Shown here: in pieces, positions 18,288-24,039 of the stretch | Numbering within the stretch: the stretch's first letter is position 1 | How the letters are laid out: every line of letters begins with the position of its first letter | Assembly (NCBI GenBank): GCA_964419615.1 | Contig: CAYQPU010000025.1 | Location: 1 to 24,039, forward strand | Source of the DNA: an uncultured Methanosarcinales archaeon | GTDB taxonomy: Archaea > Nanobdellota > Nanobdellia > Woesearchaeales > JAGVZT01 | DNA length: 24,039 nucleotides | Reading direction: 5' to 3' | Notes under the pieces: generated by a model | What the model saw: the letters and a program-made list of their open reading frames with translations, nothing else | Databases searched by the model: none | Told to the model about the DNA's origin: nothing | Program-made: the position numbers and the translations under genes

Positions 18288-19868
18288 TTAAATATCCAAA
18301 CGGTTGTTGTAGTACATTGCAAAGAATAGACCTAGATCGTTAATGTTCGTCATATCTTCCCGTATCAAATGCTTGATTAATGCTTTTTTATGTTCCAAAT
18401 CTTTTTTTACATCTTCCCAAGTCATCCCAGTAAATAAATTTAGTGTTTCCATAAGTTTTGTCCATTCGGTCACTTTCTTAAATCTGTTTTCTTTTAGATC
18501 CAGCTGGTAGAGCACATTGGCATCTCCACTCTCAACTATTTCTGCAAGTTGGAATGTTCTTCTAACTCCTGTTCTTCTGTTTCTTGATTGGACAAGTATA
18601 ATTGAGAGAGCAGGCATTAACATTTTGGGTACATCAATAGGTGGATTTGTTAATCTTAGTATTGCTTCACGTGCATCATTTGCATGAAATGTTCCATAAA
18701 CACTATGTCCCGTGTGCATTGCTTCAAATAACACTTCTGCTTCTCTTTTTCTTCTGATTTCTCCAACCACTATACGATCCGGTCTCATTCTAAGACTGTT
18801 TACAACCAAGTCAAGCATAGTTACCTCGCCTTTACCTTCAGGGTTTGCTAGTCTTGTTTCAAGAGGTACCCAATGAATATTTTTTGGAAGAATGATTTCT
18901 CTAGTGTCTTCAACACTGATTATTCTTTGATTTGGAGGAAAGAAGTTGCAAACAACATTCAATGTAGAAGTTTTACCAGTTGCTGTTCCACCAGCTATTA
19001 ACATGGATAGTTCGTTCTGTACTGCCAGCCAAATTATTGCTGCTGCATTTAATGAAATTGTTTTGTTTTTTACAAAATCTACAATTGTCCAAGGTTTTTC
19101 AGAGAACTTTCTGATTGTTATAGTATTACCTGCTGCAGATATTGGCCGAAGGGTTGCATTTACTCTATCACCTGTTGCAAGATGTGCATCCAATAAAGGT
19201 TTTAATAGTGTGAGTTCTTTTTGTACGTCCCTACCAATCATTGTTGCAAAATGTCGAATTCTTTCTTCAGATGGAATATTAACATTTGTTCTAAGCCAAC
19301 CAAATTGCTTATGATAAACCCATACAGGTTCTTTTGAGCTGTTTACAACTATCTCTTCAAGTCTTGAGTCCTTTAAGAGAATTTCAATATTACCTAATCC
19401 AACATTTTCTCTCATAACATAGGAAATCAAAAGGTTTTTGTTCTTATTGTCAATTTTAGGAAAGTATTTTTCAATTAGAATTATTATTTCTTTTTTGAAT
19501 CTGTTTTGGATAGAGTGTTGAGCATCTTCTTCTGAAACTGGAATTGTACCGGCTGCTACTTTGGTTACAAATTCCTCTTTTAATTTGTCGAGGATTATAT
19601 TTGTGTGCTGACTGATATTTAGAATGGAAATTCTGTAAGTTGGAACAAAATCTATTTCAGATTGAAAAATATCAACATGCACAATGAGTTTATCAACATT
19701 TATTTGATAACTATCTAGTTGCCTGCTGGTTTGTTCCTTGGCTGTTTGCCGGGTTTTCTCTTGGCCTGAATCCTTGCCTGACTTCTGGTCTGACGCCTGA
19801 TTTACCTGAGGATTTGACTGTTGGTTTACCGGCGAATTCGTCTTTGGATTTGTGTGTTGTTTTATCAT
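18288..19868 (-). CDS. Type II/IV secretion system ATPase (CpaF/TadA/ArlI-like)
   Basis: Walker A GGTATGKTS, Asp box ISVEDTRE, Walker B MRPDRIVVGEIR, His box MHTGHSVYGTFHA. Confidence 0.92.
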   Translation of the reverse strand: MIKQHTNPKTNSPVNQQSNPQVNQASDQKSGKDSGQEKTRQTAKEQTSRQLDSYQINVDKLIVHVDIFQSEIDFVPTYRISILNISQHTNIILDKLKEEFVTKVAAGTIPVSEEDAQHSIQNRFKKEIIILIEKYFPKIDNKNKNLLISYVMRENVGLGNIEILLKDSRLEEIVVNSSKEPVWVYHKQFGWLRTNVNIPSEERIRHFATMIGRDVQKELTLLKPLLDAHLATGDRVNATLRPISAAGNTITIRKFSEKPWTIVDFVKNKTISLNAAAIIWLAVQNELSMLIAGGTATGKTSTLNVVCNFFPPNQRIISVEDTREIILPKNIHWVPLETRLANPEGKGEVTMLDLVVNSLRMRPDRIVVGEIRRKREAEVLFEAMHTGHSVYGTFHANDAREAILRLTNPPIDVPKMLMPALSIILVQSRNRRTGVRRTFQLAEIVESGDANVLYQLDLKENRFKKVTEWTKLMETLNLFTGMTWEDVKKDLEHKKALIKHLIREDMTNINDLGLFFAMYYNNRLDI

Positions 19869-21864
19869 GTTCTATCTTATGTTTTAGTTCAATGTTGGAC
19901 GGATCTAGTCTGTGTGCTCTTTTGTAGAGCGCTTCAGCCTCAATTGTTTTCCCTCCCTTTTCATAATCATAAGCTTTTGTTAATAATGTATTTACAAGTG
20001 CTTGGGATCTCATATCCTTAGGTTGATTATTTTTTTGCATGTATTGCTCATACTTTGATCTGACATAATTCCATATCTTCATGTCTTCAGGGTATTTTGA
20101 TGAGAATGTATGTAAGGCTGATTTTATTTCAAATAAGATTCTATTTATTTCTTTGGACTCTATTGTCTTATCAAGTTTCTTTACTTGCCCTAAGACTTCT
20201 ACTTCATGATAAAGCTTACTGATTGCATCAGATATTTTTGATTTTTCTTGCACAAGTGAAAGTGGGAGATGACCATATAACTCCCTGATTGCCTTGTACT
20301 TTGATTCTAATACATTAAATTCACTATTATCAATGTGTTCTCTTACATCCACAAGGAGTCTTATTAACTGTTTATATCTTTGTTCAGTGTATTCATCAAA
20401 ATCTTTTAGCATTGGTTCTTCTGATTTTAATAGCAAATCACGATATAGTTTTAGAATGTTGACTCGAAGATTGGTTTGTTCTTGCATAAATCCAGCAGGC
20501 AGAGTTGAGTAATGGTGCAATATTTCATAATAAACTCCATCTGCCATGTCTATGTTACCCTCTTTTACATAATCATTTGACATAGTCAATAATTTGTTGA
20601 TTCTCTTTGTTTTTACTTCTAGATCAGAAAGTGCATTTTTGTTCTTGTGTATTACAAGAAGTTTGTTTAAATGAATTAATTTTTCTTCAATATCAATTCC
20701 TTTTCTACCAATTTGTTTTGGAAGTTGGTTATAGATTTGTCTTGCTTGTTCATATGTTCTTGAAGCTTGTTCAAGATTTCCTTTGCCAATAAACTCATTT
20801 GTTTTACGCATTAACTTAACTATAGTTATTCTGTTTTGTGTTACAATTTTAATTTCCTGCTCTTCTTTCACAGCTATTAGTAGAGGAATAAGATTAAAGA
20901 TTAGTTTTTCAGTTTCAGCTCTTTGTTTAGAATAACCAATAGGAAGCAGATTATATGTCATTCTAATAACTTCGTAAGTTTCAAATGCTTCTTTTACTTG
21001 CTTGTGCTGGAGTTGCAGATGAAGTTTTTTTATTAACTCAGTTAATTCTTTTATTTTTAGATTTGTGTATTTTAATAATAATGATTCTCTTAGCTTAACA
21101 AGTTTTTCATAACTATCTAATATGCTTCCTTGAATCTTTGCTTTTTGAATTGCATATGTGTTTGGTAAAGCTGAATAAAGTGTCTCAATATCAGTGTATA
21201 ACTCTTCTGCATGTTTAATATCTCTTCTTAGAAGAACAAAATTTAGTTTTTGAAGTTTAAACCTTATTTGTTTGGATATTTCTTTAGAAGTTTTAGCATG
21301 TTCATTTTTTATATGCAGTGACATATCCTTGTTTAACTTAGTGAGCTTGACATCCATTTCTCTTTTAACATCTTGTAAATGAAATGGCAGTTCTTCGTGT
21401 CTAACTTTGATTAATTGGTATATTTTATTAGCTTCTTCAAATTTTCCCTGCTCAAGATAGGAATATGCTTTTTGAAGCATAACATTCATATTTTTTGAAA
21501 GTTCAGGTAGGATATCCGGAATGTCAAATTCTTCTTTTTTCTCAACAGGTTTATCATCCAAATGCGCTGCAGGATATTTTGGTTTCTTGGGCAGCTTTAT
21601 CTGTGGAAGTGCTTGTTTTGGTTTTGTTGTTTTTGTTTGTGAAGTAATAAGGTAAGGTGTTGTAAGTTTGTATTTAATTCCTAAAACTCCCTCTTCCTCA
21701 AGATAATTTCCCCAAGCTTCCACTGTCACTGTAGGAACTTTTAATATTTCAGCAGCCTCACTAAAAGATATCTCTTTTTTCTCATTAACTAGTTTTACCA
21801 GAGAGTCTACATCTGTTTTAATTAGTACATTTTTATCTTCTGGTTTAGAAACTGATTTTTCCAT
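19711..21864 (-). CDS. Winged-helix + six ~74-aa helical repeats + TPR protein, first gene of the pilus/secretion operon
   Basis: wH-like residues 15-73; repeats from residue 125 to 558; TPR-like LLTKAYDYEKGGKTIEAEALYKRAHRLDPSN; GAGAGTGA SD-like site; TATA at ~21920-21928. Confidence 0.85.
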   Translation of the reverse strand: MEKSVSKPEDKNVLIKTDVDSLVKLVNEKKEISFSEAAEILKVPTVTVEAWGNYLEEEGVLGIKYKLTTPYLITSQTKTTKPKQALPQIKLPKKPKYPAAHLDDKPVEKKEEFDIPDILPELSKNMNVMLQKAYSYLEQGKFEEANKIYQLIKVRHEELPFHLQDVKREMDVKLTKLNKDMSLHIKNEHAKTSKEISKQIRFKLQKLNFVLLRRDIKHAEELYTDIETLYSALPNTYAIQKAKIQGSILDSYEKLVKLRESLLLKYTNLKIKELTELIKKLHLQLQHKQVKEAFETYEVIRMTYNLLPIGYSKQRAETEKLIFNLIPLLIAVKEEQEIKIVTQNRITIVKLMRKTNEFIGKGNLEQASRTYEQARQIYNQLPKQIGRKGIDIEEKLIHLNKLLVIHKNKNALSDLEVKTKRINKLLTMSNDYVKEGNIDMADGVYYEILHHYSTLPAGFMQEQTNLRVNILKLYRDLLLKSEEPMLKDFDEYTEQRYKQLIRLLVDVREHIDNSEFNVLESKYKAIRELYGHLPLSLVQEKSKISDAISKLYHEVEVLGQVKKLDKTIESKEINRILFEIKSALHTFSSKYPEDMKIWNYVRSKYEQYMQKNNQPKDMRSQALVNTLLTKAYDYEKGGKTIEAEALYKRAHRLDPSNIELKHKIEHDKTTHKSKDEFAGKPTVKSSGKSGVRPEVRQGFRPRENPANSQGTNQQATR
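20191..21492 (-). repeat. Protein-level tandem repeat, 6 units, consensus L..A..Y…G….A…Y..I…Y..LP
   Basis: The LP dipeptides are spaced 74,74,74,74,78 aa; Y25 is present in all six units and A21 in five. Confidence 0.85.
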
Positions 21865-22007
21865 GTTTCACTCTCTTTTTGCAATTGAATCTAGCTTAAT
21901 TATCCCACATATATACAGATATATAAAAGTTTTGTATTTAAAAAGACTTGTTTAAACACACCTTAGATGCTAAAATACCATGTTTTAAGGGGTTTTTTTG
22001 CAATAAA

Positions 22008-22015
22008 TTTATAAA
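22008..22015 (+). promoter_or_regulatory. TATA box (TTTATAAA) for 22043..22363
   Basis: Ends 28 nt before the ATG. Confidence 0.5.
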
Positions 22016-22042
22016 CCTAGTAATCAATCTATAAATGGGGAT

Positions 22043-22363
22043 ATGGCAAAAGATAATAACTTGTATGATTTAGATGGAGTTGCATACTCTGACAGAGAGT
22101 TTAAAGCTAGAAAGGAATATGAACTGGAATTTCATGAAAAAGAGTCACTCAAAGAATTAAAAAAGTGCATTGATAATAGAAAGTATAAGACTGCAAGACA
22201 GATTTCTGAGCATCTTGAATATCTTGAAGATTTAATGGAGAAATTAAAGAGAATTATCAGCTTAGAAGAAAGAGGAGGACTAGTTAATCTTTCTTTAAAA
22301 AGAGAGTATGGACAAATTAGAGAGCTTTATAATAAGCTTTCTTTGCTTTATAATAAATTTTAA
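22043..22363 (+). CDS. Hypothetical helical protein (106 aa)
   Basis: ORF with an upstream TATA and a T-rich tract after the stop. Confidence 0.7.
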   Translation: MAKDNNLYDLDGVAYSDREFKARKEYELEFHEKESLKELKKCIDNRKYKTARQISEHLEYLEDLMEKLKRIISLEERGGLVNLSLKREYGQIRELYNKLSLLYNKF

Positions 22364-22470
22364 TTCTTTTTATTTTGTTAAATTCTGCATTTATAACCCT
22401 AAGTGTATGGCCTCATCAGATATCCCAATCATTAAAAGTGATTAATATAGGAAATACTTGAACAACTTTG

Positions 22471-23163
22471 TCAAGCTTTATTGGATTTGGGAGTTGGTAC
22501 TTGAACCTTTTTTATTCCAAGTTTTGGAGGTTCACTTTTTTTTGGCATTCCTTTTGTTACTTTGGATTTTGCCAAATCACTTTTTTTTGGTATTCTTTTT
22601 GTTACCCGGGGTTTAGGTGGAACCCTTTTTTGCAAAGGTTTACTAGGTTTTCTGTTTGGTTTTCTATCTGGAATTAAGTATTTTCTTTTGTTTTTGTCAA
22701 GATCAACAAAATAATCTGCTTCTTTTTTTATTTTGGATGATGCTGTTTTTCCAAATGCCAAAACTTCAGTCCTACATCCAAGTGATTTTAAATGATGTAG
22801 TAGATCTGAGAAATCACCATCTCCGCTAACTAAAACAGCAGTGTCTATTTTAGATGCGATTCTCATCATGTCCATTGCTATACCTACATCCCAATCTCCT
22901 TTTTTTGCTCCTCCAAAAAATATCTGGAGTTCTTTTGCTTTTACTTCAAAACCAATATTGGTTAGTGCATCAAAGAAATTTGATTCATCTTTTACGTCAG
23001 CTTTTATTACATATGCAATTGCTCTAATGAGTTTTCTTCCATCAACACTTTCATTTAATATCGCTTTAAAATTAACTTTTTTCTTATACAAATTTTTTGC
23101 AGAGTAATACATGTTCTGCACATCTATAAAAACACCAACTCTTTGTTCTTTATGTCTTGTCAT
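22471..23163 (-). CDS. NYN domain protein (LabA/DUF88 family, PIN-like) with a K/P-rich tail
   Basis: VFIDVQNMY, KKGDWDVGIAMD, LVSGDGDFSDL…G..TEVLAF; GAGGT SD in the 3' end of the upstream gene. Confidence 0.92.
   Translation of the reverse strand: MTRHKEQRVGVFIDVQNMYYSAKNLYKKKVNFKAILNESVDGRKLIRAIAYVIKADVKDESNFFDALTNIGFEVKAKELQIFFGGAKKGDWDVGIAMDMMRIASKIDTAVLVSGDGDFSDLLHHLKSLGCRTEVLAFGKTASSKIKKEADYFVDLDKNKRKYLIPDRKPNRKPSKPLQKRVPPKPRVTKRIPKKSDLAKSKVTKGMPKKSEPPKLGIKKVQVPTPKSNKA
22532..22605. repeat. Two 29-nt direct repeats (22532-22560, 22577-22605) encoding VTK(R/G)(I/M)PKKS
   Basis: 27/29 identical, 45-nt period. Confidence 0.85.
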
Positions 23164-23167
23164 TTTA

Positions 23168-24034
23168 CTACCTCATATTTAATATATATAAACCAATAAG
23201 CATTAGTGAAATTGCACATACTTTGCTTATTATTGCTTGTTTTGTTAGTTCTTCTTTTAATATTTTTGGGAAAAATTTTGTGAGGATAACTGCTAAGACA
23301 AATACAAATAAACCCTGGAATCCACTCAACACTGAGACAAGTGATGCCACTCCTAATTTGAGAGCATACATTGTGAAGCATAGTGCTATTATGTGTAATA
23401 GTCCATTAGCTAAGAGCAGATTTTTTATTGGTTTTTTTAATGCTTTTTGAAAATCTTTTCTGGTTTCTTTGAGTGATAGGAAACTTAGTCCAATAAAGGA
23501 ACTTATTACAACACCAATTATGAATGAAGACCAGTAGTCAGCAACTTCATAAATATGTTTCATGATAACAATATTTATTCCCCAAAAAAATACAGCTAAT
23601 AGCATTAACCAAAATCCTTTGGAGACTGTTAAAAGATGTTTTACTTTTTTAACTGAGACTAAAATCCCTCCTGTTAGCATTAGGAAAAATGCAATATATT
23701 GCATGTAATTAAGAGTCTGATTTAGAAATATCATTGAGAGTACTAAAACGAACAGGCTTTGCAATGGAAGTAAAGGGATTAATCTTGATGCTTCTTCTAT
23801 TTCAAACGCTTTAACATATGGTACAAATGCAATCAGACCTAGAAAACTAGCTAAAGATATGAGTAATAACTGATTGAGTGTGGGAAATGAAAAGTTTGTA
23901 AAAGGTACTAATAAGAGTACCACAAACCAGATTATTGCTTTGAATACTATTAAGGTGTAGTTTTTAAGGTATTTATCTAAAATGGGCCCTGTCCAGAGTC
24001 TTCTGGACAGAATTAACTTAATGGCTTTAGCCAT
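23168..24034 (-). CDS. EamA/DMT family transporter; N-terminus atypical, possibly 5'-disrupted
   Basis: EASRLIPL…FLNQTL…QYIAFFLML.GGILVS; second repeat LGVASLVSVL…FVFVLAVIL…KILKE. The first 17 residues are not hydrophobic. Confidence 0.75.
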   Translation of the reverse strand: MAKAIKLILSRRLWTGPILDKYLKNYTLIVFKAIIWFVVLLLVPFTNFSFPTLNQLLLISLASFLGLIAFVPYVKAFEIEEASRLIPLLPLQSLFVLVLSMIFLNQTLNYMQYIAFFLMLTGGILVSVKKVKHLLTVSKGFWLMLLAVFFWGINIVIMKHIYEVADYWSSFIIGVVISSFIGLSFLSLKETRKDFQKALKKPIKNLLLANGLLHIIALCFTMYALKLGVASLVSVLSGFQGLFVFVLAVILTKFFPKILKEELTKQAIISKVCAISLMLIGLYILNMR

Positions 24035-24035
24035 T
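23989..24035. other. Two perfect tandem hairpins
   Basis: CTGTCCAGA-gtct-TCTGGACAG (23989-24010) and AATGGC-ttta-GCCATT (24020-24035). Confidence 0.8.
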
Positions 24036-24039
24036 CTTT

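Noticed and set aside
16446-19868. Archaellum arlI/arlJ assignment
   Set aside because: Two separate single-domain platform genes, and no arlH, arlF/G or archaellin
12395-20792. Short nested and antisense ORFs in the paralog, surface-protein and pilus genes
   Set aside because: No start signals; overlap longer, motif-supported ORFs
21876-22004. 10-bp direct repeat TTTTTGCAAT as a target-site duplication
   Set aside because: Low complexity; the enclosed DNA is promoter sequence with no element features
22468-23450. ORFs 22468..22677, 22841..23107, 23157..23450, 23160..23381
   Set aside because: Shadows of the NYN and EamA genes
23989-24035. Guanidine-II riboswitch or CRISPR repeat
   Set aside because: Loops are not ACGR on either strand; no repeat-spacer periodicity and no cas genes in the window

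Overview
AT-rich, densely packed archaeal chromosomal DNA. Archaeal markers (rps3ae/eS1, prefoldin alpha-ftsY, BRE/TATA promoters, GGTGA-type SD sites) together with gyrB and many orphan genes suggest a small-genome DPANN lineage such as Woesearchaeales. That placement is inferred, not tested. Housekeeping genes are gyrB, rps3ae, an Lrp/AsnC regulator divergent from ahcY, pfdA-ftsY, a MEMO1-family gene, a NYN-domain gene and two EamA transporters. Two accessory units stand out. (1) A minus-strand type IV pilus/Tad-like operon (ATPase plus two T2SSF platform proteins) is headed by a 717-aa protein with a winged helix, six ~74-aa helical repeats and a TPR, and converges on a secreted Ig-like protein with an amphipathic C-terminal anchor. 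(2) A plus-strand orphan operon (10802-13408) contains a micro-ORF and two diverged tandem paralogs. No tRNA, rRNA, CRISPR array, transposase or integrase was recognised. All family calls come from motif recognition by eye; no searches were run.
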